Source: Laetmonice hystrix | Lineage: Eukaryota | Direction: 5' to 3' | Assembly: GCA_965235115.1 (NCBI GenBank) | Contig: OZ249436.1 | Span: 7,194,001 to 7,258,000 of the forward strand | Length of the DNA stretch: 64,000 nucleotides | In this document: positions 1-14,126 of the stretch, piece after piece | Layout of the letters: each line of letters begins with the position of its first letter | How positions within the stretch are numbered: the stretch's first letter is position 1 | Notes under the pieces: generated by a model | What the model was told of the DNA's origin: nothing | Databases searched by the model: none | What the model saw: only the letters and a program-made list of their open reading frames with translations | Program-made: the position numbers and the translations under genes

Positions 1-617
1 CGGTGATTTTCATTTGTTATATTATTTGCAAAAAAGCACGCTGCACACCGTATGCAGTGAAAGCAGCTTAAGACTGACTTTTATTAGTGTGTTGTGAACG
101 AGGATTATTGTTGACAACAAGAATTAAATCTCAGGGATGTTTTGAAAGTGTAATTTTTGAAAAACGCACATTTCGATCTCTTCACCATGGTAGGGATGGC
201 CAGGTGGTGATGTATTGACTGGGCCTGGTGGCGTTTACCACAACGTTCAGAAGGGACATTGTTAGGTGAACGACTGTAAGGGACAGCCTGAAATGGTGAT
301 GACGTGAACTTCACCAGTCACTTTGGGTGACAGCTGAGAATTCAACTCTGTGGTCACAAATGATGCAACTGTGTTTGCTTATTTTGATTGCCTTTGTACT
401 TCAACAAGTACTAATGTATATGCCTGTGTGTTTCTTTTTTTTTCCCTTTGGTTCCGCAGTAGGCACAATATTGAAGCGCCATTGTCGCCAAGTGCATACC
501 GCACCATTCCGTACAAAAGGTGAATGTCCACCGCCATGTTTTTGTTACCATGGTTACAAAATCTGTACTATGTGCTAAGCTTTTGATGCCCTTGCTTTGA
601 GGTAGGCGCAACTGCTT

Positions 618-797
618 GTGACCCTACATAATGATGTATGCTATTGTATGGCAGGCTGCTAGTGACCCTACATAATGATGTATGCTATTGTATGGCAGGC
701 TGCTAGTGACCCTACATAATGATGTATGCTATTGTATGGCAGGCTGCTAGTGACCCTACATAATGATGTATGCTATTGTATGGCAGGCTGCTAGTGA
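618..797. repeat. 44-bp minisatellite, 4 copies (GTGACCCTACATAATGATGTATGCTATTGTATGGCAGGCTGCTA)
   Basis: Identical units start at 618, 662, 706 and 750. Confidence 0.95.
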
Positions 798-1289
798 ATG
801 TCAGACGTAGATTTTAACCCATTTGTATGGTTCCTCCTTTATGCTTGATACTAAAAGCTTGGTGACATACCGACAGCAGTTCTTAAACATAAATTGACAT
901 GCTAGAATTAGAAAACTGCGCATCGTATGCGATATTGACGTAGTTCCGGCTCAGTGTTGAGGATGTTTGTATTAAGGGGGGGAAAAAAGTGGTCGACATT
1001 TGTGTGTCTCATTCCATATAAATTAAATGAGGGCACGAATCTTGCCTTTGGCAAGGACAAGTTACAACTGTTCCCATGCTGAACCACAAAGTCAGGTGTC
1101 AGTAATCCAGGATGTCTCCTGAGTATGGTTTCACCCTCCTCAGTGGTTGATTGTCGGTCACTTTGTCATTGATATCCGTACACGTAACGTGTTGGTCAGA
1201 TGGTCCTTGTATCCGTGGACAGTTTCTAGTATTTACACCAACTCAAACCTTGCATTGCTTGTCGCATGGATCACATAGAGGCTGTTACC

Positions 1290-1432
1290 ACCTCTTCTTC
1301 TTCCTCTGGCTCTTCCTACCCTCTTATTTATCCTCCTACCCCTGTTCCTCATTCTCCCTCTTCTTCCTCCTCTTCCTCCCCTCTTATTCATCCTCCCCCT
1401 GTTCCCCATTCTCCCCCTCTTCCTCCTCCTCA
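1290..1432. repeat. CT-rich low-complexity tract with an internal imperfect duplication
   Basis: Pyrimidine-rich run; CCCTCTTATT..ATCCTCC..CCCTGTTCC.CATTCTCCC occurs twice (~1319, ~1379). Explains the low-complexity ORFs at 1151-1499. Confidence 0.7.
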
Positions 1433-2648
1433 CTCGCCACTTCTGTAGGGTGCTGGAGTTGTCCGATATAGACCCGACTTTTTTCGGACTACCATTCATT
1501 AGCTAGGTGTACAGGTATACTCCCTGTTGTCCTGTGATGTTGTGGTAGAGTGTATGGCCGTGGGATAATACTAATGGTCTTTAGCTAGCCTAGGACAGGG
1601 TTCGTTCGGGTTTTGGAAAGGTATGGAAAGTGATCTTTGTGTTTTCCAGGACCTGGAAAGTCGTGGAAAATCAAGTTTTTTGTCATGAGCTATGGAAAAG
1701 TTATGTAAATTTATCACGTTCCTGCTATTTTATAAAGTAGTGCTTCAGCTGAGTTTTTGGTTTCAGTAATTAGCCGTCGTCATCTCTGAATTAGCCAGGC
1801 AGTTAGGGCACTGTGCATTGCTTGGGATTGAAGGTAGAGGGTATGGAAATTTGAATTTTGTGTTTTGGAAAGTTTGGAAAAGTTCTGGAAATTCTTGCAG
1901 CCAAAGCTGTACGAACCCTGCTAAGAGTTTCAGCACACAAGTCTTCATCACCGACAGCACTCGGTGCTACATGAATATCTTCAACTCTATCAGGAAAGAT
2001 CACAGGATAACTAATCACGTAAACAACAAACTTCTAGACGATAGCTACGATTTGCTGTGGTTAGATATGTAAGGATTCTAGACAGGCTTTCAACTGTTAT
2101 ATACAGGTAGTTCTCACAGGATCTCTGGCGCCACTCGTATGACCCTGAAATAGTGACACGTGTCCCCGCGTTCACTTCGATCATGTGCCTGAAGTTCTGG
2201 AAGTATGCAGACCTCTGCAACTTCCAGTTGATTTTGCTGAAAGTGTAGTTTATATCAGATATCAGATATCCCGGTATCACTTTCTTCCTTCCTGTTCATA
2301 CTGTTTTCCCTAAATAGTGAAAGTCAGGAATAACACATGAGGATGTGGTGTAGACGTCATTGTCTGCTTGATAAAAAAAAATGGTGGGAATTTTATTTCC
2401 ATCTTTTAGACATATCTCAGCAAGAACCAGCTGTTTGGGAGAAATAATTACGCTTTTCTTTTCAAATACATGTAATGCTTATTACTCAGTATGTAGTCCC
2501 TTGTGGTATGAATTTCTATTTTACCGAAGCTGTTAGGTGCCCTGCTGTAATCCTGGAATGAATATACTTGGTGGATCATCTCTCACATACTTCTAATGTC
2601 ATATCTGGGAATGCCCCAGAGGCATCGTGGTTACCAGTGCTTGTTGTT

Positions 2649-2706
2649 ACTGTTAGGGGAATGGAAAACTGTTAGGGGAATGGAAAACTGTTAGGGGAAT
2701 GGAAAC
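2649..2706. repeat. 19-bp tandem repeat x3 (ACTGTTAGGGGAATGGAAA)
   Basis: Three direct copies read from the sequence. Confidence 0.9.
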
Positions 2707-3286
2707 CGGTGTGGACTGTGGCTGACCACGCACTCAGCACTACTTGTAATAGTTTCTGACCTAGCAAAGATCGCATGCAACAGCAGAATCCAAAAGCCAC
2801 CTACTTCTTTAAGGTCTCCAGGACGGAATGAAATGTTAACATGTCGCGTCCAGTCCAGACTAACTTTTTGCTTGTTTTTTATTGAATCTGTTTACACAGT
2901 TCACAAATAGCAATACCATAGTTCATTAATTCATCAACAGAAATTTTGCATTCTTAATTACCCTTATAATAAGTTTGTAATGTTAAATACTAAGATAGAT
3001 GTTATGTTTTAGTTCACTTAATCTTTTTTTAATTACTACTTCTTTTTAAGATATAAATGCTTGTCTTTAGTATGCATCCAAAGTTACTCGTTCTGGCAAA
3101 ATTGTTTAAGCGGAGTATTTTCATGCCACATATCGTTATCAAGACTTTAAAATATAATATTTGGTATGCTGATGATGTTGAATGATGGCGGGAGTAGTGA
3201 GGAGGTTTGGTGGCCGCTGTGGAGAGAGTAAGAGAGAGACAGAGGAGAGAGGTTGTTTTGTTAACACGCGTGTGGTGCTGTTGCAG

Positions 3287-6200
3287 TTCTCCTCAGGATG
3301 TGCCTCCCTCCCCACCCACCGAACAGTCGGCCTTCTGCCAGAGGTCGGTTTGATCATGTTAACAGGCCAGCAACCTGCCGGCCACCAACAACCCTCATCT
3401 CCTTCCTTTACCTCCTCCTCCTTCTGCCTCACACACATTGTACAGTCTCTTCTAGCCTGTCCCGCTCTCTCAACCTATCTCCCAGTCGGGTGCATATGGT
3501 AGCGGAAACACTGGTTGCTGCGAAGTCTAGTTGGTTTGAGATCGCTTTCAAGCTCGCGTTGCCAGAACCGTACGTGAACGCAGTTTGTTGTTTGCAGCGG
3601 GAGAGTTTTGAAAGTGAATATCATATGCACTCTTGGTCTTTCTCTCAGAAAGCAATCATGTTTAAAAACATAATAAAATCAGAGCAGGTGCTGCCACCTA
3701 GTGTTAGAAACATTTGACAGACCCCGTCCGTCATCTTGGTCGATATGGATGGGCTGTGAATGCACCGAACACTGCTTGGTATGGGTTAACGTACATATAG
3801 TAAGACAGACCTTACAAACAATCACCCTGGTTTGGTAAGGGTAATTTAGTCTTAGGTGGTCACCAATGTACAGCATGGACCTGCTTCATTAATTCATTGC
3901 TCTTAAATCAAGGGGTCAGAAAGAAAACACCAGTTGAATTAATGATTTACAGTTCAAGACGTGTTGTAGTTACAGTAACACCTTTGCTGTATGTAACTGT
4001 TTGTATATTATCAACTCTAGCATTCAGTATTAATGAGGTGCATAATAAAAGTATGACTACCACTGACCATATAACTGCCCAGTAAAGTCAGCTGTGTCAG
4101 TTTTTCACGGCAAAGATGAAACATTTTCAAGAAATTTGTTATTAACTTGAACTAATTTGCTTTGAGTTAACATGACCCCCCCCCCCTGTCATTAGACTAG
4201 ATATCACGTGATTGCTTCTATCATATTGTATCCTTATTTTTCCAGTGGCAGTCGAGTGGATGAAGACCAGTCTGTTCAAACTAAACAACTGACTAAGAAA
4301 ATTCAGTGTAAGTAATAAAGATTGGGTATGCTACTGTATGGTAATTAGTCGTGTAACATCTAAAGCATACGCAAAAATCTGTAAGTCATCACGTAATGAT
4401 ATAGAGAGATTGTGAAGTGCTATAATTATATTTGTGTAATTCGGATGATATCAAGAATTGTAGCTCAAGTATTTGTATATACGTGTATTGATGGTACTGT
4501 GCATGAAATGTAGTTTCTGCTTGAAAATTTTGCAGCATGCAAACGAAAAATAAAGGTGTTTGAGGAATCATTTGAAGAAGAGCATGGATATCGAGTAAGT
4601 ATATAAGATTTCAAGTTAAAACATATTCATCGACGTTTCAAATTAAATCGTATTCATCGATGTATACATGAATACCATGGTATCTAAGATAGCAACTGGG
4701 AAAGCTTGGTACTTTTGGAATGGAATTCAGTCAATTCAGGCCACATCAGAGGTTGGTAATTACAAGTACATGGCAATAAATACATTAAACATATGAGGCC
4801 ACCATTCAGTAAACTGTGAGGACATGATTTAATCATGATTGTTTTCTGTTGCAGCCCTCGCAGGCAGATAAAGCCTCCCGACCAGAGGTCAAGAAGACAA
4901 TGCAGGAATTGGCCAAGGCTAGGAAAGAGCTCAGACGTGAGTTAAACTATTATTTGTAAAAACAGCAAAATAAATTTGGAGGTTAACATTTACTTTAAGA
5001 TCAAAAAAGAAATTTCCAGTTAAAACTTAAAGAACAACAATTTATCAGTGAACAACTTAGTTTCAAAAACTGGACGTCATGCTGATTGTCATGGTAACAG
5101 GTTGTCAACAGACGAATGAGATTATGAAAAATTTGACTCACAATTTGTTACTGTTATTCCTGTCTGTAGGGTTAAAAGAAGAGATAGAAAACTATGAACA
5201 TTTTGGTGACATGACTGTCTCCATGGATAACACCATCCATCGTAATGTGGTTCGGGATGCATTTACTGTCGAGGAACCTCCACCACGCATGGAAGACACA
5301 CTGGAGGTTTTACAGCGCCGCCTGGCGGAAAAGAGAAGGGAAGCAAGTCGACCTGAAGACCTTGCAGTAGGTATAATCTTGGTCGCAGAAACAGACACAA
5401 AACAGAACAAGACTTGCCAAAGTGTTAAGGGGCTCTCACATGCTACGATTTGGGCTACACGATCTGATATCGTGTGATTTCGGGTCAGCTCGTGTCGCAG
5501 CATACTTAGCTCTCACATGCTGTGATATCATAAGATATCGTGCAATTCTTCTCCATTCAACGCCATTATTTCCTGGCAAAATCGCACGAATGTCCGTCAC
5601 ACGACAAACCCTGCAATATTGTACGATCATCTATGATCATTTACGATCTGATGGAATCGTGTCTTGTCTTGTCGCAAGTGCTCTGCCTCTCACATGTTAC
5701 GATATCGTGCGCACATCACACGTTTATGTATTCAACGATAGCCTGTGTTGACATTAGTAGTGGGGATGCCCTTTTCGTACACTCATTGAGGATAATAAAT
5801 TTGTTCCCACAGCTGGAATCGCGAGATCAGATGACTGAGGAGAAGTTGGCGGTACAGAAAGCTCTCCTCCAATATGAAAATCTCCACGGACGTCCGGTAA
5901 GATACTCTAGGCTGACATGTTGTCAGTAAATTAGAAACTATAGGCTAACATGTTGTCAGTAAATTAGATACTCTAGGCTGACATGTTGTCAGTAAATTAG
6001 ATACTCTAGGCTGATATGTTGTCAGTAAATTATATACTCTAGGCTGACATGTTGTCAGTAGAATAGATACTCTAGGCTGACATGTTGTCAGTAAATTAGA
6101 TACTCTAGGCTGACATGTTGTCAGTAAATTAGATACTCTAGGCTGATATGTTGTCAGTAAATTATATACTCTAGGCTGACATGTTGTCAGTAGAATAGAT

Positions 6201-8220
6201 ACTCTAGGCTGACATGTTGTCAGTAAATTAGATACTCTAGGCTGACATGTTGTCAGTAAATTAGAAACTATAGGCTAACATGTTGTCAGTAAATTAGATA
6301 CTCTAGGCTGACATGTTGTCAGTAAATTAGATACTCTAGGCTGATATGTTGTCAGTAAATTATATACTCTAGGCTGACATGTTGTCAGTAAATTAGATAA
6401 AAAAAAACCTGGAGACGTCCATAGGCGAGGGGAAGGGTCTGAAAACCTGATATGTATGGATTAAATGAAGCACTTCTGTTTACAGTCAAGAATTATTAGA
6501 TTTTGTTCACCCATGAGAGGTAAAAACTCTTGTTTGCACTTGGTTTTATTGTTGACGTAATCGTTAATATTTTGTTTATAGACAACAAAGAATGAGAAAG
6601 ACTTGATGAAGCCACTCTATGATCGGTACAGGTCTATCAAGAGACTCCTAGCAAAACCGGTGTCTGTAAGTATATTCTAGCGCCGCCCCTTTACAATATA
6701 TTTAGCGAGTCAGAGCTGTGTGTTTTTAGTGAAGAAGACATAACAGGAACTTGTGTAACGAAAGCTCTTTGGGACTTAATACTTCAATAATTTGTACGTC
6801 TAACCAGGCCGATGCTGACAGGTGAAAAGGAGTGGTAATGTTTCTGACATTGATTTGATTTGATACTTGAATTAGCCTCGAGAACGCACAAAGACCTTGG
6901 ACCCGGTCCCAGAAGATCAGGCTATAGAGTTTGCAGCCTCTCCAGATAGTAACGGCAAGAGTGGCAACCAGGTAAGAAGTGTTCATGTCCCCGGCTCTTT
7001 CACGGTAAATGTTCTGGACTAAAATTGAAATTTGATGACGTCTATGACATGATTGACATCCATGACCATTGAGAATCTAGTCGTTTTGAGGACTGATCAT
7101 TGGTTCAAACACAAACAGTGTTCTACGGAAGTTACTTACAGTTTGAGCCTCATACAACTGCTGTTAAATATGTGACTGATGTATTCAATTAGGAGGCAGT
7201 TCGGATTCCTACAGCAACTTTGGAAGAGGTGACTGAAAACGAGATGGTTGAAGTGGACAAAGATTTCCTCGTCACCCGTGATTTTAGACTATTGAAGGAG
7301 ACACTGCAGCCAACCAGTCAGAACATAGCAGCCAAGGACCTGTCACCAGAGGGCAGCCTGGCATGGACAACAGAATCTCCCCTCCACGAACTTACAATGT
7401 AAGTTATCATCTCTTTGGTGCCAGACTTTGAGGTTCATTAGGAAAGCGAAGCATTATATTCAAAGTTAAGGATATTGCTGTGAGAGAAATTCTTCATGAT
7501 TGTCCTATAAAACGTGACTTTGGCAGCAATTCCTTCTGTTGCGACAGAAAACAACTTTTGGAAGAACAACAAAAAGCCCGGGTTGAGAAGAAAAGATTAC
7601 GTAAAGTTTTGCGAGAATTTGAAGACGATTTCCTGAAACAAACAGGAAGGTAAGGATTATTTTTTTTAATTGTATGTGAAAAAGTACACTCTGTATGAAG
7701 AAATTAGTACAGTGTATTTAACATTGCTTAGCTGTGAAATTTGTAGTAGACATGATTACACAAGTCTTTAACACTGGTGGAGTTTTCTAGTTTTCCCAGA
7801 AATTGGTTTGAATTCACATGTTCTGTAGAGGTGTACGAAATGAGTAACAGTAACTTCAGTAAATGTGTAGATAAATATGATGTAGCAAGTTCTGTGGTGT
7901 TGCAGGAAGGTACAAAAGGACGACAGGGCTCCAATGGAGACAGAGTATTATGAATATAAGGTAAGTCATTTATGTTTCTCTGTTGATGTTTATTGGCTTT
8001 TTTATAAAATAATTTTATTGAAATAGATATTCACAAATCTGTACAACAAATTTTGAAACTTTTCACTTTAGACGTTCACTGTTGAGGAGAACATCATGAG
8101 AATTGCCACAAATAATCGCATTCTAATCCTGGGTTTGATTTCTGTTTTCAGCAAGTGAAGGCCAGATTAAAACTCCTAGAAGCTCTTCTCTCGAAGCACG
8201 ACCGCACTTCTTCCTACTAG
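3287..8220 (+). CDS. FAM13A: FAM13A/FAM13B-family protein, C-terminal part; 5' exons lie upstream or were not recognised
   Basis: Phase-compatible GT-AG exons: 3287-3343, 4246-4307, 4536-4594, 4855-4936, 5170-5366, 5813-5896, 6582-6665, 6876-6971, 7193-7398, 7548-7649, 7906-7960, 8152-8220 (TAG). The spliced peptide contains [135 protein letters not shown]. These match the FAM13 C-terminal coiled-coil motifs as I recall them. A vs B orthology is not resolvable here. Confidence 0.92.
5428..5720. mobile_element. Probable degenerate non-autonomous DNA transposon fragment in a FAM13 intron
   Basis: CpG-rich island in an AT-rich intron, with CTCTCACATG repeated three times and recurrent ACGA/TCGT motifs. 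No matching right end found. Confidence 0.35.
5901..6399. repeat. 33-bp intronic minisatellite, ~15 copies (GATACTCTAGGCTGACATGTTGTCAGTAAATTA)
   Basis: Period 33 starting 4 nt into the intron. Each unit contains the inverted repeat CTGACA-tgt-TGTCAG. Confidence 0.95.
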
Positions 8221-8336
8221 ACCTGACCGTCGGTCTCCGATGGACAACAAAGGTTCAGTGCTGTGGCAGGTGCATTACATTGGTTCCACAGACTGTAAGC
8301 CAAGCTTATAACAGTGGATGTTGGTGGCTTGTGGCC

Positions 8337-8581
8337 ACATGTCCTGAGGTCTGACAGTGCCACTGATACATAATGTCATGGGTAACAGTCGTTAGCTAAC
8401 ATGTCCTGAGGTCTGACAGTGCCACTGATACATAATGTCATGGGTAACAGTCGTTAGCTAACATGTCCTGAGGTCTGACAGTGCCACTGATACATAATGT
8501 CATGGGTAACAGTCGTTAGCTAACATGTCCTGAAGTCTGACAGTTATACATTATGTCATGGGTAACAGTCGTTAGCTAACA
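8337..8581. repeat. 62-bp tandem repeat, ~4 copies, in the presumed FAM13 3' UTR
   Basis: Units start at 8337, 8399, 8461 and 8523 (last has a small deletion). Confidence 0.93.
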
Positions 8582-11500
8582 GGTTTACAATCTGTGGTCT
8601 GCTTCTGGAATTACTCCAGACAAAAATCTTTCAGCAGCCACTCGACTACTTGACAGTGGCGGTTCGTATCATCATGCTGTGCTTGGTGTCCACTATCACT
8701 GGTATTGATGCCTAGTGTCATTTTCCACGATGGACTATAACTTGTCGGAGGTTATGTGAAGTAACATCAAACAATTCATTTTACTGCAGCATGCCATGCA
8801 TCAGGGCTGCAAACTAAGACATAACCAAAAAACACTTCTGTAAATGGTTGGTGGTTGTGTTATGTGTTACTGTTAGCCATGCATCATTAAATGTCGTAAC
8901 CACTAGTGATCAGTTCATGTGTACAAATTTTAGGCCTTAGTGTAAAATTGATAAGCCTAGCTCAGTAGAGTAAGGAAGGTAGGACTTGATTTCCATTCCA
9001 TACTAGTGGATGTCAGCCAAAGCTGGACCGAACAAGAAGCCAACCCATGTTAGAAAATTATTTTCTGATTTGAGTTGGATATCAAATTAATTGTTTAAAA
9101 AGTCACTCTATACTGTACTGATAAAGCCATACAGAGATTTACTGGTCTTGAAAAAGATCAAAATAAGAGGTTTATTTTTAAACAAATGTGGATTTGACAC
9201 AATCTCTATAGAGTCTAAGTTCTAACAAAGTTATCGAAGTTGTCATAGAATTTGACGGGAACATTAACCTTCACAGAAGTGGACAGGAATAGGGCTTGGA
9301 GAAGAGATAAGTTTGATACAGAGACAAAGAGGCCAGTCTGTTTACTCTTCATGTGAGCCATGTCAATCCGCTTATCAAGCTGACCTAAAAGACCCTTGAA
9401 ATACAAGATATTAACAGAACAGAACTTGTGCGAGCTTCAGCAAAGCAGGGCAAAGATAACATGCTTATTTATACTTACACATCTGTCTCCAGGGTCACAG
9501 ATCCGTGCTTCCTAACTTACAACTTCTCCACACTACTCCCTCCAAGTTTTTCCCCTCTCAAATATTCTCCCATAAAAGGGCATTACATGACGAACTGTGT
9601 GTAAAGTATTGAAGCGTTTAAACACATTTGAGAAAGACTGAGAGTTTGTTTGTTTTTAAATATCAACGGCTGAACATACCGGTAATGAGTGTAACGATAT
9701 GCATCATGATGAAGGCATTTATCACACTAATCAAACTTATAATTAAACGTGTGCGTTTCATGGAGAGAACACAAAAAGTACTACGATATGTTGAATAAAT
9801 GTTTTCTACAAACAATAGAAAATAGAAGACGTTACAATTATAAAATATGTAAAGATTGTGTATACGGTTTGTCAGTGTATTGCATAATAGACATATACCC
9901 AGCTATTGACCATAGCTAAAGTCGGTGTTGTATTACTGCTATTACAGTGTATGAGGTCCCCTGCATTACACATGGTGGATGGACCTTTGACCAAAAATAT
10001 AACATTTTAGCATAGAGTTGCAGTCAAATGCTGGATCTTTCTTGAAGGCAGTCGCAGGTAAAATAGTGTTTGCAGTTTATTCATTGTTAAAAGTTTAATG
10101 AAGGCCAAAGAAATTTTTTAGTTAGACGTATCTGGATGAAAAGAGCCCCATGCAACAATTCAGTGAATGCAAGTTCATTTGGTGTTTGACTGCACTTCTA
10201 TGGGACTGGTACTTGTACAGAAAACCAAACTAGAAGATGTCCTACAGCGTATTCCTGATGGCTAGCTCAGTGTAGATATTATGTATCATATTCCAGTGAT
10301 CAATGAATGAATATATTCCTTATCTATAAATGCTGATGATGTCCCGATAGTAAAGCACATGATACCAAAGAGTTCCTACACTTCACTATATATATCTGTA
10401 TACATGTGTAGAACCTGCACGTAAATTTGTAATTGTTAAGACATAATGTACTCTGGATAAGACAGGAGTTAGTGTAGAATCACACAGGACTCGTCAAGCT
10501 GGTCTGTTAACATTTTGTAACCACTGCCCACCATAATGATGTGGGTCAAGCGGCGTAGGTAGGTATTATGAAATCGATAATCGATTGGCGGCTTGTGAAG
10601 AAGTAATTCCAACTTACCCACCAACCTGTAGGGGTCGTACCATAGCCTGAATGATAGCCATGGGACATTGTATTGACTGTGATATAAGTTTCATAATGTA
10701 GTGTGTATGCGTGATGAGTTTTTCACTCAATGTAGCCAAGCTTATGTTGTGTGGGGTTTCCCTCGGGGGCAAGCCGTACAATGGTCTGATGGCGACGACT
10801 CGCTTCAAGTCGCGTCAAGGTGCTTCCTTTGGGTTTTCTCTCTCTTTTTTTTCTTTTTTTTTTTTTTGGTTGTTGTTGATTCTTTTTTCTATTATCCCTG
10901 AAGGTCAGTCCTTTACTGTGGAGTTATAAAGAAGTGTTTGCAGTAAATAGAGTGGGAGTCAGTGACTGACTGTGATCGTTGTAGTGTCGGTTTGGACAAC
11001 CTAAGCAGGAAGATGTTGTCATGGAGCCTGCCAGTATCGATGGACAGAAGTTAAATGGTGAAACACTATATTGTAGTAACTAATCCACCATGGTCAGTCT
11101 AGTGTAAGTGCCTAAGTTATTATCTCATTTGTTTTGTTTGTTTGGTTTATCTTTATCATTATTGTTATAAGTATTATCACTGTCATTAAGATAATGAGTC
11201 AGTGCTTTAGTGTAGTTCTAATTATGCAGTTGTGTGATACCAAAATGTTGGCTAGGTCATAGAATGGGAGGCTCAGGCAGCTAGCAAAGCAGGGTACGTC
11301 GTTACCTTATGTTTTGATACATTATTATGACAGTAGTGTATAAGGGTATTAACCCTCGTGTGACAGTGAGTATCATGATACAGTGGATATGTTTGAACGG
11401 TATCATTTTGGCTTTGTTGTCCTGGTAACCAGCAATTACTAACTCCCTGTGCGTGATTTATTAGAGATATTGGTCGAGGGAGCAGTGCTAGGCGCATGGG

Positions 11501-11734
11501 GCTAAAACTAACTGTCCAGGTCCAGCGTCCTCAATTCCCTGGTTTTTCTTCATAATTTACCGGTATGTTATCGTAATAGAAATTCATAGCCTTGTAACAA
11601 AAACATTTAATTGATAACAGTTATCAATCAAACTTGAAAATTTGGATGATGAAAGTAAGGTGAATGACGATGAAGTAAATGGTTGGGTTGTTTAACCTGC
11701 GGCGGCTTTCAGTGGGTTTGATGTGTGGGGGTGG

Positions 11735-11766
<32 letters not shown>

Positions 11767-13458
11767 ACGACCTTCTACTGATGCCCACTGCATGGTTTTT
11801 TTTATTTGCATGCACAAACTACACTTAGGCAGGTTTTGTCTCCAGGATTCTCACGTGCGATTTTCGTTCTTACTTTTTCTCCCTAATCCAGATTCATTCC
11901 CGTTTTACTTTCTGCATTCATGTACAGCTTTCTGAAATCACACGGACAGAGAGAATTATCGAGTCTCATTTAGTAAAACAAAGCCAGGTCCAAATCTCGT
12001 CGAACACGCGCCGTCTGTGCCAAAACCGGGATGGTTTGGATGAAGTGGGAGGGGTTAGAAGTCAGTATAGAGTTCTCTAACATCGTCATGTTTCAAGGTC
12101 AGTCAAGGACAGTTTACGAGTGTTTCATTACATAATTATACATACTACAGTTGAACTCATGTACAAGTGGATAGGAGGTAGTTCTGTCTGTAATAGTGAC
12201 GTTGACACAGGGTGATAATTAGTTATAGTCGCTTGGTAATTTGGACCCTGAAGACGCTGTGGGACAACAATTGACACTAACAAAGGTAGTTTGATGTTGG
12301 GAAGGCTGACATACCCACAGATCAGAAACATGCCAGAAGAAATGTGCCATGACCCCGATAATGAAGAATAGTTACTCACAAACTATGAAGCCTTTGTTTC
12401 ATACATCTAACGTACATGCATACACACACATAATAACATTCATGCATGCATGTATACGCATACATTGTGTAATGTATCTGTTTATAGGCCACGGTCTTTT
12501 TCGCAACTTTATTTAAATTCTGTTTTTCTTTTCTTTCTTTTCTGTATAATAGAAACTTGGTTATTAAGAATTGTAATGTAATATTGCTATGATCTCTTGC
12601 TGTGTTCTCTCTTATCATATTGTCATCCATTTAACATCGCAAACATTCGTAAAGGTCCACAGAACGGAAATAATTAAGGGTTCTATGTGTAGAATAGTTT
12701 AAAAAAAAAGAAAATTGTCTCCATGGTAACAAGACCAAAACGTTCCAGCAGATTATGGGCAAACTGCACATTAAATATACAGTGGCTAATGAAAGGTGTT
12801 GTGAAACTGCAACAGGTTTAGTACTTGTACACAGTTGACCAATTGTGAAATCCATGCCAGAATCCGCAGCCTGTGCAGCTGGGCCTAGTTCTGAATGTAT
12901 TGTACGTATGTAAATACATTGTACACATCTATATATACACACCTATAGCGTATTTAACCTATATATATTAGAGTCAGCAATTGGTAAGCACTGGTTGATG
13001 TACAGCCGAGCACATACTTGATATTTATACACAGCACATATTCGCCTGAAGTTCATTTTTAATGTCAATTCAAAAGCTTGCGCTGTAGATTCACTGTTGG
13101 TCAAGTGGAGGCGTCTAGAATACTTATAATTCCAGAATTAGTTCTTGTTTCTTGTTGCTTTTTCGGGCAAACTGAAGCCATAGAGAGAAAGGTGTGGCCC
13201 GGGTAGGAAGCCATGTTTCGTGCATCTTTACCAGTTGATGAAGTTCAAGTGATTCAAGTTCATTTTGGATGTTTAGTTCTCTGTCAAATGGAGATATTTA
13301 ATGGACAGGTGAAAAGTAGCTTTTCATTGATCAGCGATTTACTTCGAAAATTAAAACATAAGCGTGGCTTTGTTGTAAAATGTACAGACAGTATGAAAAT
13401 GCTGAATTCTACAGATAGTATATTTTTGATGTGTTTCTATGGAAATGTGATACAAAGA

Positions 13459-13464
13459 AATAAA
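13459..13464 (+). promoter_or_regulatory. Candidate distal polyadenylation signal (AATAAA) for the FAM13 gene
   Basis: AATAAA followed ~35 nt later by GT-rich TATGTTATGTGTTCTGTTT, at the end of a long AT-rich, repeat-poor tract. Another AATAAA occurs near 9794. Needs transcript data. Confidence 0.3.
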
Positions 13465-14054
13465 TAATGTACATAATAATGTTGAGGAGATTTACGTATG
13501 TTATGTGTTCTGTTTCAAGGGTGTGGTTGGGACTATATTTGTACCTAGACGGCGCCAGGGGAAGGAGGGGACGGGACCCTTACCAAATATTGAACTTGGG
13601 ATCATCAGGATGTCAGCCCCTGGGATAAGGGCAATTGCAGAAACCGTTGTAAGGGATGTAAAAGGTCCAATGTCCCGAGCAGCTGATCCCGAGGTATGGT
13701 CAAATTGGCAGGTGTTTGATGTCAAAGGTTTACCGTTTCAAACCCACCAAATTGTGTCGGAAGTAAAGATCCATAGCTGCCCTGACCTTATCCCCAACTC
13801 CTAACTTCGGTCCCTACACCTCCCAAAAACATATCCCTACTGGAAGTTAGCATGAGAGAATAACCCTGGCCGTTCGTACTTTGGAATGGCGTCAGACGCC
13901 CACGAACCTACATGACATTGAACTAACAAAGTACCCTGGGGACGTGATTGTGATGTTGAGAGAAAGCAGACTGCCAGGTCGTAGGCAGCGCTCCCGGTTC
14001 TTGTAAAAGCCATAAATGACACCGACTTTGGGGATAACATTCAGAAACGTGCAG

Positions 14055-14060
14055 TTTAAT
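14055..14060 (-). promoter_or_regulatory. Candidate polyadenylation signal (ATTAAA) of the GPx gene
   Basis: First poly(A) hexamer downstream of the candidate SECIS on the minus strand. Confidence 0.4.
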
Positions 14061-14126
14061 GTTGGCGTGGTCAACAAGACTAAAGCGCCACCTGTTGGTG
14101 TAATGCACTGGTAACACCGCCAGGTT

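Noticed and set aside
1151..1499. Arg/Gly-rich and Ser/Pro-rich ORFs
   Set aside because: Translations of a CT-rich low-complexity tract.
2120..2248. Additional upstream FAM13 exon after TTCTCACAG
   Set aside because: The translation shows no FAM13 similarity I recognise, and no convincing phase-compatible donor was found.
8955..9010. tRNA or tRNA-derived SINE (GCCTAGCTCAGTAG A-box-like)
   Set aside because: No B-box (GTTCGA) and no cloverleaf.
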